Part shown: positions 9,733 to 18,901 of the stretch, in pieces
Layout of the letters: each line of letters starts with the position of its first letter
Numbering within the stretch: position 1 is the first letter of the stretch
DNA from: Gammaproteobacteria bacterium
GTDB taxonomy: Bacteria; Pseudomonadota; Gammaproteobacteria; Pseudomonadales; Litorivicinaceae
Assembly (NCBI GenBank): GCA_002731015.1
Contig: PBZM01000004.1
Location: 2,246 to 46,684 of the forward strand
Direction of reading: 5' to 3'
DNA: 44,439 bases
Notes under the pieces: generated by a model
Told to the model about the DNA's origin: nothing
The model's input: the letters and a program-made list of their open reading frames with translations, nothing else
Databases searched by the model: none
Translations under genes and position numbers: made by a program

Positions 9733-10128
9733 ATGCCGTTATTTGCTTTCATGTTGGTACCCATCGCAGAGATGTGGATCTTGATCGAAATCGGCGGTTG
9801 GATCGGTGCCCTCCCAACAATTGCGCTCGTTGTCGTGACCGCTACCTTGGGCTTGTCGCTTCTGAAGAGACAGGGTCTATCGACGTTATTGAGTGCTCGT
9901 CAAAAGATGAAGGAGGGCTCCATACCCGCATCTGAGCTTGTCAGCGGAGTCATGCTAGCCGTCGGCGGTGCACTGTTGTTGACACCAGGATTTGTGACTG
10001 ACGCGGTAGGATTCGTGTTGCTTATTCCAAAGACTCGCCAATGGGTTCTCTTCAAGTTGATCGACCGTTTCCGTGACAAGATCATAATCGAAGGAGAGTT
10101 CCGCCATCTTGACGACAGAAATTTTTAG
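9733..10128 (+). CDS. fxsA: FxsA family membrane protein
   Basis: Motifs VPIAEMWILI and GGALLLTPGFVTD.VG. GGAGGA RBS before ATG 9733; usual position upstream of groES. Confidence 0.9.
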   Translation: MPLFAFMLVPIAEMWILIEIGGWIGALPTIALVVVTATLGLSLLKRQGLSTLLSARQKMKEGSIPASELVSGVMLAVGGALLLTPGFVTDAVGFVLLIPKTRQWVLFKLIDRFRDKIIIEGEFRHLDDRNF

Positions 10129-10136
10129 TTCGACCG

Positions 10137-10161
10137 TTGAAAAACGTAAATATGTCCTCAT
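10137..10161 (+). promoter_or_regulatory. Sigma32 (RpoH) heat-shock promoter of groESL
   Basis: TTGAAA (10137-10142), 13-bp spacer, CCTCAT (10156-10161); the consensus is TTGAAA-N13/14-CCCCAT. Confidence 0.75.
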
Positions 10162-10308
10162 CATCCGGCATGTTCAAGGGACGCGTAGTCCCTGACGTTA
10201 AAAGCCCCTCGCCGATTGAGCCAAGGAAAGCGTTCCAACTCACCAGGTTGGGGGAATGGGATTGGGCCAAAGCCCGAGTTCATTGTCAAAAACCGGAGAT
10301 GTAAGCTA

Positions 10309-10602
10309 ATGAACATTCGTCCACTCCACGATCGCGTCGTAATACGTCGCATGGAAGAGGAATCAAAAACATCAGGCGGCATCGTGCTTCCTGGGTCAGC
10401 GGCTGAGAAGCCAAACCAGGGGGAAATTATTGCCGTCGGAACAGGCAAACCACTCGATAATGGAGAAATCCGCGCGATTACGGTGGCCGTTGGCGATACC
10501 GTAGTATTCGGCCAGTACTCGGGCTCGAATACGATCAAAGTAGACGGTGAAGAGCTTCTGATTATGAACGAATCAGAGATTCTTGGCGTAATCGAAAAGT
10601 AA
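10309..10602 (+). CDS. groES: Co-chaperonin GroES
   Basis: [14 protein letters not shown] and [15 protein letters not shown]. Start at ATG 10309 after a GGAG RBS. Confidence 0.98.
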   Translation: MNIRPLHDRVVIRRMEEESKTSGGIVLPGSAAEKPNQGEIIAVGTGKPLDNGEIRAITVAVGDTVVFGQYSGSNTIKVDGEELLIMNESEILGVIEK

Positions 10603-10628
10603 GACCCCCCTGAAGAAAGGATTATTAA

Positions 10629-12260
<1,632 letters not shown>

Positions 12261-12264
12261 TGAT

Positions 12265-12303
12265 AGGGATGGGTCTGGGCCACTGCTCAGACCCCTCTCT
12301 TTA
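12265..12303 (+). terminator. Intrinsic terminator of groESL
   Basis: GGGTCTGGGC-CACT-GCTCAGACCC hairpin (12271-12294) followed by a pyrimidine-rich tail. Confidence 0.75.
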
Positions 12304-12417
12304 TGTCTTTAAGTCAGATGTGGTAGCGAATGTAGGATAGAGCTACAGTGAACCATTAGTAACTGTAAGGGTTACGGCACAGTTCAGTGAAACGATGCAT
12401 GGTAGGAGAGAGATTTG

Positions 12418-12909
12418 ATGCATAGGTTTTTTAGTAAAATAGACGAAACGGTTCACTTTGAGAAATATTCCGCTCATTGTGATATCCCTTGTAAAATTTA
12501 TGATCCGATTATTTCTCAAATTGCCGCGCTGTCGGTTGTTAGGCTCATTGATATAATCGCTGAAGCAGAAATGGATATGAGTAGCCATGAGGCTTTGAAC
12601 CTTGTTACGCGCTGCGTTGCCCGGAAAGAGGAAGAAGCGGAGAAGGTTAAGACAGAAATTCGAACGATCTGGGGGGATTATTTTAAAGCTCCTCAATTCG
12701 AGAAGTACCCGGGCGTTCATGGGTTAGTTCACAGCATTATGATGAAAGCCAGTGCATGTAAACAGTCGACTGATCGTAATAATGCCCTCGAGCTAGTTGA
12801 TCTGGTCAACGAGTTTGCTGCAGCGTTTTGGGACACGAAAGGGGTCTCAGTTGAGCGGAAGGTGAGCCCGTATCCACCAAGCCTACCTACGGTATATCCG
12901 GTGTTGTGA
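12418..12909 (+). CDS. sodN: Nickel superoxide dismutase precursor
   Basis: Ni-hook HCDIPCKIYDP after a short leader peptide (mature His1 codon at 12475), plus IWGDYFK. AGGAG RBS. Confidence 0.95.
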   Translation: MHRFFSKIDETVHFEKYSAHCDIPCKIYDPIISQIAALSVVRLIDIIAEAEMDMSSHEALNLVTRCVARKEEEAEKVKTEIRTIWGDYFKAPQFEKYPGVHGLVHSIMMKASACKQSTDRNNALELVDLVNEFAAAFWDTKGVSVERKVSPYPPSLPTVYPVL

Positions 12910-12919
12910 TGCAAGGCCT

Positions 12920-13312
12920 GTGATTAGGATAGTACGAGTGTGCGGCCGCAGTATGAGTCCGCTATTACATGACGGCGATTATTTACTAGTGAGAAACGTG
13001 TTGCAGTCCAGCGGTATACGGGACGGAAACATCGTAACCTTAAAACATCCTCGGTTCGGCAAAATTGTTAAAGCAGTCATTGGTGTTACGCCTGAGACCG
13101 TTAAATTGACGGGCATTTCAAGGTTGTCTACCCCAGCCGATGCTTTGGGGGATATAAAAAAGCAGAGTATTGACGGTGTGGGTGTTGCGGTCATCCCACG
13201 TAGCTCTAGGCACGGTAGCGAGAGGGCTTGGTTTAGATTTCTGAAGAATGATGACGTTCAAAATTTATTGGCACGACTTAGGTCAAAAGGACCGTCAATC
13301 ATGGTTGGTTGA
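12920..13312 (+). CDS. sodX: NiSOD maturation protease (S26-like)
   Basis: V.G.SMSPLL.DGD and HP.FG.IVK give a Ser/Lys dyad. Immediately downstream of sodN. Confidence 0.85.
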   Translation: MIRIVRVCGRSMSPLLHDGDYLLVRNVLQSSGIRDGNIVTLKHPRFGKIVKAVIGVTPETVKLTGISRLSTPADALGDIKKQSIDGVGVAVIPRSSRHGSERAWFRFLKNDDVQNLLARLRSKGPSIMVG

Positions 13313-13332
13313 GTGTCTGGGAGGTTATCTGC

Positions 13333-13926
13333 TTAGCCTAGGTTATCATCCACAAATTGCGCTTGAACATATTCCCAATTAACTAACTCGAAAAACGCTT
13401 TCACGTACGCTAACCGAGAGTTCCTGTAGTCAAGGTAATAGGCATGTTCCCAAACATCACAAGTTAGCAAAGGGACCTTTTTGTCAACCATTGGATTTCC
13501 TGTCCCTGCACTAGTCACCAGTTCTAGGGTTCCATCATTTGCCCGTACTAGCCATCCCCATCCGGAGCCGAAAATTGAGACTGAGGCCCGAATGAATTCT
13601 TCTTTTAAATATTCGAATGATCCGAATGTTTGATCTATAGCATCTGCAAATGCTCCGGAGGGCCTCATGTTTGAGTTCGGGGTCATGCAACGCCAATAAA
13701 ATGAATGATTCCACACTTCGGCAGCATGATTAAAAATACTGCCTGTTGAAGATCGGATGATTTCGTCTAACGACTTTCCCTCAAACTCACTGCTGATAAT
13801 TAAACTATTTAAATCATCAACGTGCGATTTATGATGCCTGCCGTAATGAAGTTCTATTGTTTCTTCTGAAATATTTGGTGCCAAGGCATTTTCCGCGTAA
13901 GGCAGAACTGGCAATTCAAATGCCAT
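13333..13926 (-). CDS. sodB: Fe-SOD-family protein with atypical active-site second sphere
   Basis: MAFELP.LPY, H-YG-HH, WNHSFYW, FGSGW.W and DVWEHAYYLDYRN. Metal ligands are intact, but the Tyr34 and Gln69 equivalents are His and Glu. Confidence 0.85.
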   Translation of the reverse strand: MAFELPVLPYAENALAPNISEETIELHYGRHHKSHVDDLNSLIISSEFEGKSLDEIIRSSTGSIFNHAAEVWNHSFYWRCMTPNSNMRPSGAFADAIDQTFGSFEYLKEEFIRASVSIFGSGWGWLVRANDGTLELVTSAGTGNPMVDKKVPLLTCDVWEHAYYLDYRNSRLAYVKAFFELVNWEYVQAQFVDDNLG

Positions 13927-14052
13927 GGTGACCTCCAAGATCTCTTTATGGGAAAGAGTTGGGGACTACCTAGAACAAATCAATCTTTTCGTCACTAGTG
14001 GGTTCGTTTTGTCGAAGGATTCGGTACACTCCAATCTCAAGAAGGCGAGTGT

Positions 14053-15015
14053 ATGACGCGTAAAGAACCTAAATTTGATGATAACTTGACAACTTCTGTC
14101 TCGATCGCTCTGCCAAAGGAACCAGTTAGGGATCAATCTAAATCCTCATCGCAACGGTCGGCCAGGCCCGAAAACGGAGCGAGATCGGGTTCTAATTGGT
14201 TGTTATGGTTGTTTGTATTGGCGAGTTTGTGTGTGTCCTTTGGTACAGCTTTTTTTGGGTTGGAGGAAGCTGGTCGTTATCAAGCTGCGCTAACAAAAGC
14301 AGAGGCGCAGGCCGAGGATCTTGAAGCAACAATACAAAGATTAAACAAAGCACAAACTCAGGGCATTGGCGAGCTCGCTCAGTCGGATGCGCAAATGCGG
14401 AAGATGGTGCAGTCTGTGGAATCGCGATTACAGTCTGATATCAACTCCGACTTGAGTGCTCTGGCTAAGCAGGTAGAGAACCTAAAGCAACAGGCCGCTA
14501 AGACTGATGGCAATGCATCGAAGCAAGCCCTGGCGATCGAGCGGCTATTTGATGCATTAGCGGCAAAATCAAAAACATTGAAAGCTAATCTCGATGAGTC
14601 TATCGCTCTCTTGAGCGAACAAATCAATATGGAAAGAACGCGTATCGATGCATTCGCTGGCACCAGACAGGCCATAATTTCTGTGAACGAAAAAGTATCA
14701 GATGTCAAACAACTTTCATCTGATCTTGAAGCGCAGATAAAGCAGATCATTACAGATCAAGGGGCTTATGAGTTAAGTTTTAAAGACATGCAACTTGTTG
14801 TTGAGGGTATTAATGAAAAACTCGCACAACTTGCGAGCGCGAATAATGCGCTTTTGGGACTAGAGGTATTGTCTGAGGAGATGGACCGTTTGTCACAGCA
14901 AGTATCTCAGCAACAGCAGATCATTGAATCGGTCGATGCGAGTCGACAACAACTGACACAGCGAATTATTGATCTTGATGGCAGGGTGAATCTAGCCTTG
15001 TCGTCGAAGGAGTGA
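14053..15015 (+). CDS. Membrane-anchored coiled-coil hypothetical protein
   Basis: One hydrophobic helix (WLLWLFVLASLCVSFGTAFFGL) followed by about 250 aa of heptad-rich Q/E/L/A sequence. Confidence 0.75.
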   Translation: MTRKEPKFDDNLTTSVSIALPKEPVRDQSKSSSQRSARPENGARSGSNWLLWLFVLASLCVSFGTAFFGLEEAGRYQAALTKAEAQAEDLEATIQRLNKAQTQGIGELAQSDAQMRKMVQSVESRLQSDINSDLSALAKQVENLKQQAAKTDGNASKQALAIERLFDALAAKSKTLKANLDESIALLSEQINMERTRIDAFAGTRQAIISVNEKVSDVKQLSSDLEAQIKQIITDQGAYELSFKDMQLVVEGINEKLAQLASANNALLGLEVLSEEMDRLSQQVSQQQQIIESVDASRQQLTQRIIDLDGRVNLALSSKE

Positions 15016-15095
15016 AAATGCATCGGGTATCGTTCAGCTGTAATGCTCACTATAACGGCTACGAAATTGTTTTAAACGTAGTCTGAGACTCAGCG

Positions 15096-15424
15096 TTGAT
15101 AAATCGACAGACTGCTACGATCATAGATGCCCTAAATTCGCTCGAGCTCGGCCTTAGGGAATTGGGCTTATGGTCAGACAAGCGGCCCGATGCCGAATCA
15201 CTGTCGAGCACGTTGCCCTTTTGCTACGACACACTGGAAATTGAGCAGTGGTTACAGTTTATTTTCTTGGGGCGAATGCGAGAGCTACTCGAACAGGACG
15301 ATGAACTGCCGGTGAATTGCTCTATTTATCCATATATCGAGATGTTGGCTGGTGTGGGGAAACAAATCGATCCCCGGCTCGCTGAGCTAGTGAGGCAGGT
15401 TGACGAGAAAATGACGTGCAATAA

Positions 15425-15446
<22 letters not shown>
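15096..15446 (+). CDS. yqcC: YqcC family protein
   Basis: LGLW...P....L.S..PFC.DTL..EQWLQFIF..RM signature. Confidence 0.85.
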
Positions 15447-15501
<55 letters not shown>

Positions 15502-15513
15502 CTTGAGGCGCGT

Positions 15514-15542
15514 ACTTTAAATAACAGCAGTTGTTTCGTCAA
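15514..15542 (-). promoter_or_regulatory. Sigma70 stable-RNA promoter of tRNA-fMet
   Basis: TTGACG-17 bp-TAAAGT on the minus strand, followed by a GC-rich discriminator (ACGCGCC). Confidence 0.75.
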
Positions 15543-15587
15543 GTGAACCTTGGGCAGCATGAACTATTTTTTTGACGTGGTGAGTGA

Positions 15588-16271
15588 ATGAGGCCAGTAC
15601 CCCAAATTCGTTTGAATCGTTACAGCGTGATGACACTTGAATGGCCGAAAGATAGCGAATCTCTCGAGAATTGGCTGAGAAGGCAGCGTAAGATGGCGCC
15701 CTCTCTGATGCAGGAAATCGCGATTATTTTGAAACCGTCGGTTGAGCATCGGACCGAGGATATTCGGCAAGCGGTCGATACCTTGGGTCGATTAGATGTT
15801 AGATTGATTGGTTTAACTGGAGACCCTTGTCATCGTGTTGCCGCCGCGACCCTCGGGTTGTCTTGGTTATCATCCAACACTAGTAGTGCGGAGTCAGAAT
15901 TAGGCTCCTACCAGAAAGCGGAGGATTCAGTACGAGAAATGGCTCTGGTGATCGAGGGCCCCGTTCGGTCGGGTGTACAGATTTACGCCAAAGACCGCGA
16001 TTTGGTGGTGATCGGTCAGGTAAGTGAGGGCGCCGAGATCATGGCAGATGGACATGTTCATGTGTATGGCCGCCTCCGTGGTCGCGTCGCCGCCGGCGTC
16101 GGTGGTCAGACTGGTTCCGAAATATTTTGTGTCACGTTCGGGCCTGAACTAGTTTCAATTGCAGGTACTTATTGCGGGTTCGATCAGATACCTAGCAATC
16201 TTCGGTCTGCTAGAGTGCGGGTGAAATTAGATGCAAACGCACACGTATTGGCATTTACTTCTATGGGATAA
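15588..16271 (+). CDS. minC: Septum site-determining protein MinC
   Basis: PVRSGVQIYA, DLVVIGQVSEGAEIMADGHVHVYG.LRGR and ELVSIAG. Confidence 0.93.
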   Translation: MRPVPQIRLNRYSVMTLEWPKDSESLENWLRRQRKMAPSLMQEIAIILKPSVEHRTEDIRQAVDTLGRLDVRLIGLTGDPCHRVAAATLGLSWLSSNTSSAESELGSYQKAEDSVREMALVIEGPVRSGVQIYAKDRDLVVIGQVSEGAEIMADGHVHVYGRLRGRVAAGVGGQTGSEIFCVTFGPELVSIAGTYCGFDQIPSNLRSARVRVKLDANAHVLAFTSMG

Positions 16272-16283
16272 AGGAGAAAAAAG

Positions 16284-17099
16284 TTGGCTATCGTTGTCAC
16301 TGTCACCTCAGGTAAAGGTGGGGTTGGGAAAACTACCTCGTCGGCAGCAATTGCCGCTGGGCTGGCTCAAGCAGGACATAGGACTGCGGTGATTGATTTT
16401 GATGTTGGGCTTCGAAATCTCGACCTCGTTATGGGAGTCGAGCGCCGCGTAGTTTTCGATTTCGTAAGCGTAATCTCCGGTGAAGCGAGTTTAAATCAGG
16501 CCCTGATACAGGATAAGCGGCTAGAGCAATTATCAATCCTGGCCGCAAGCCAAACGAAAGATAAGGACGCGTTAACCGAGGACGGTGTTGGTCAGGTGAT
16601 TAAGCAATTAGCTGATATGGGTTTTGAATATATCATTTGCGACTCTCCCGCGGGCATCGAAAGAGGCGCAACGATGGCCCTTCATTTTGCAGATCATGCG
16701 GTGATTGTTACGAATCCAGAAGTTTCATCGGTGCGTGACTCAGATCGTATCCTAGGCATTCTGCAATCGAAGTCAAAGCGCGCCAAGGAGGGCGGTAAGG
16801 TTTACGAGCACCTCTTGATCACGAGATATGACCCCGTGCGCGTCGATTATGGTGAGATGCTCTCAAAAGAAGATGTCTGTGACATTCTGGCTGTGAAACT
16901 CATGGGCGTAATTCCTGAGTCTAAAGCGGTGCTGAAGGCCTCAAATACTGGATTTCCGGTTATTCTTGATACCGAGTCAGATGCGGGAATGGCCTACAGT
17001 GACGCGGTGGCGCGTTTTCTTGGTGAGGATCGTCCTCTTCGATTCGTGACACCCAAAAAGCAGGGTTTGTTGAGTCGTTTTCTGAGTGGGGGTGATTGA
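16284..17099 (+). CDS. minD: Septum site-determining ATPase MinD
   Basis: SGKGGVGKTT, DFDVGLRNLD, DSPAGIE and a C-terminal amphipathic GLLSRFL. Confidence 0.97.
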   Translation: MAIVVTVTSGKGGVGKTTSSAAIAAGLAQAGHRTAVIDFDVGLRNLDLVMGVERRVVFDFVSVISGEASLNQALIQDKRLEQLSILAASQTKDKDALTEDGVGQVIKQLADMGFEYIICDSPAGIERGATMALHFADHAVIVTNPEVSSVRDSDRILGILQSKSKRAKEGGKVYEHLLITRYDPVRVDYGEMLSKEDVCDILAVKLMGVIPESKAVLKASNTGFPVILDTESDAGMAYSDAVARFLGEDRPLRFVTPKKQGLLSRFLSGGD

Positions 17100-17350
17100 T
17101 GCGGATATTTGGGCTATTCGGAAGGAAAAAAAAGTCGTCGGCCACCGCCGCTAGGGAGCGGTTACAAATATTGATTTCACACGAACGCCAAAATCGACTG
17201 GGCCCCGACTTCCTGCCCGACTTGCAACGTGAAATTCTAGAGGTAGTCAAAAAATATGTTGCGGTCCGCGATGATCAGGTCTCAATCCGTTTGGATCGCG
17301 AGGGTGACGCAACTGTGTTGGAATTGAACGTGATATTACCCGAGAGTTAG
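17099..17350 (+). CDS. minE: Cell division topological specificity factor MinE
   Basis: SA..ARERLQILISHER and LELNVILP; coupled to the minD stop. Confidence 0.96.
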   Translation: MRIFGLFGRKKKSSATAARERLQILISHERQNRLGPDFLPDLQREILEVVKKYVAVRDDQVSIRLDREGDATVLELNVILPES

Positions 17351-17351
17351 A

Positions 17352-18809
17352 GTGCAGATTCTTTGGTACGATTATGAGACGTCGGGCAGGGACGTGGCCG
17401 CGGATCGACCGGTTCAATTGGGTTGGCAGTTCACGGATCCTGGGATGGAACCACATGATGATTGCCGATCACTGCTGGTGAGATTACCAGATGATGTGCT
17501 CCCGTCTCCGGGGGCGATGCTGGTCCACCAGATACTTCCAGAAGTCCATCAACGAGACGGTATTTCCGAAGCTGAGTTGGCGAATCATCTTGATGAGTTG
17601 ATATCTCCAAAGACAGTGGTCGCTGGATACAACTCGCGAGCCTTTGATGACAGGTTTACTCAACACATATTCTATCGATCATTGCGGGATCCCTACGCTT
17701 GGCAGTACGCAGACGGGCGAGCTCGTTTAGATCTCTATCCTGTTGTTTTAAGTTATTTCGTGATGACTCCCCACGCGATACGTTGGCCAGAAGATCATGA
17801 CGGACGGCCCCGGTTCAAGCTTGACCGTATTGGCCCATTAAATCAGCTAGATCAGGATTTGAAGAGGGCACACGACGCATCTGCAGATGTGGCGGTAACC
17901 GCGCGACTTGCGCGGCAGCTCGCGCTTCACGACGCTGATTTCTTCTCTGCATGTCTGAAGCGGATCGATAAGCATTTTGTGACCGATCAGATTCGGGCAG
18001 ATGGACGAAGTGAGGGTCTCATAGAGATAACGCCGTTTGCGGGATGGGAGCAGGGATTTACGCGCGATCTTTGGATACCATTCCGGTTGTCTGAGCGTTC
18101 AAATGACTATGTCGCGTTTGATCTCAGAAATGAGCCAGAAGCGTTAATGAACGGATTAAGCTCACTGATTGAGTCCACGAACCTCTCAGCTATTGATCTG
18201 AAGAAACAGGCGGGGGAGCTTGGGTTGCATACTGTCCGTATTAACTCACAACCCATGCTGTTTCGTCGGGCTACATTGGAACCGGAGGTGAGGGCTAGAC
18301 TTCAAGCATTTGGTCGCGATGAAGACATACAAAATCGGCACCTAGATATCTGGCACCATATTCAGGATTCACCAGCGTTTAAACAATTGTACCAACTAGC
18401 TCTCAGGGTGCTGCGAGAACAACCACAGTCGCCGCCAGATGATGTCGACTTTGCATTGTATACCGGCGGCTTTCTATCTACGGCCGATAGGGATCTGTTA
18501 GCCGGGTTACCGCTCATGGATCCCGAAGCACTAGCTCAAGTTGGCCCTGTGTTTGATGATCCCAGATACGGGGAACTTCTGTTCCGGTACCGCGCGCGAA
18601 ACTTTTCATACTCGCTTACACAAGCGGAATGGCGACGGTGGCAAAAAATACGAAGGGATAAATTTACTGGATTTGGTAATCTCAAAACCTCCGTCAAGCG
18701 GATCGAAGATGAATTACTCGAGCTAAGTCAGCGAGGAGATCTTGAGCCCCATCAGACAGAGCAGTTGCAACGCTTTGCGAGTTGGTTAGATCACCAACCA
18801 CCCGTCTGA
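17352..18809 (+). CDS. sbcB: Exodeoxyribonuclease I
   Basis: DEDDh motifs YDYETSG, GYNS..FDD and AHDASAD, plus LY.GGF and LLFRYRARNF. Confidence 0.9.
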   Translation: MQILWYDYETSGRDVAADRPVQLGWQFTDPGMEPHDDCRSLLVRLPDDVLPSPGAMLVHQILPEVHQRDGISEAELANHLDELISPKTVVAGYNSRAFDDRFTQHIFYRSLRDPYAWQYADGRARLDLYPVVLSYFVMTPHAIRWPEDHDGRPRFKLDRIGPLNQLDQDLKRAHDASADVAVTARLARQLALHDADFFSACLKRIDKHFVTDQIRADGRSEGLIEITPFAGWEQGFTRDLWIPFRLSERSNDYVAFDLRNEPEALMNGLSSLIESTNLSAIDLKKQAGELGLHTVRINSQPMLFRRATLEPEVRARLQAFGRDEDIQNRHLDIWHHIQDSPAFKQLYQLALRVLREQPQSPPDDVDFALYTGGFLSTADRDLLAGLPLMDPEALAQVGPVFDDPRYGELLFRYRARNFSYSLTQAEWRRWQKIRRDKFTGFGNLKTSVKRIEDELLELSQRGDLEPHQTEQLQRFASWLDHQPPV

Positions 18810-18901
18810 TCTCGACAAAGATTGAGCTCAAAAGGCCTAAACGTTCAGAGTGGAGTGTTCAGCATCGAAAAGGTCAATTCGGGGATTAGTATTAACGGCT
18901 A

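Noticed and set aside
10129-10308. CIRCE element before groES
   Set aside because: No TTAGCACTC-N9-GAGTGCTAA is present; a sigma32 promoter explains the control.
12475-12507. Lys in the Ni-hook (HCDIPCKIYDP) as a defect
   Set aside because: His1, Cys2, Pro5, Cys6 and Tyr9 are intact; to my knowledge this variant occurs in other marine gammaproteobacterial SodN proteins.
13942-13958. CTCTTT/AAAGAG hairpin upstream of the sodB RBS
   Set aside because: A 6-bp AT-rich stem that does not cover the RBS; too weak to call.
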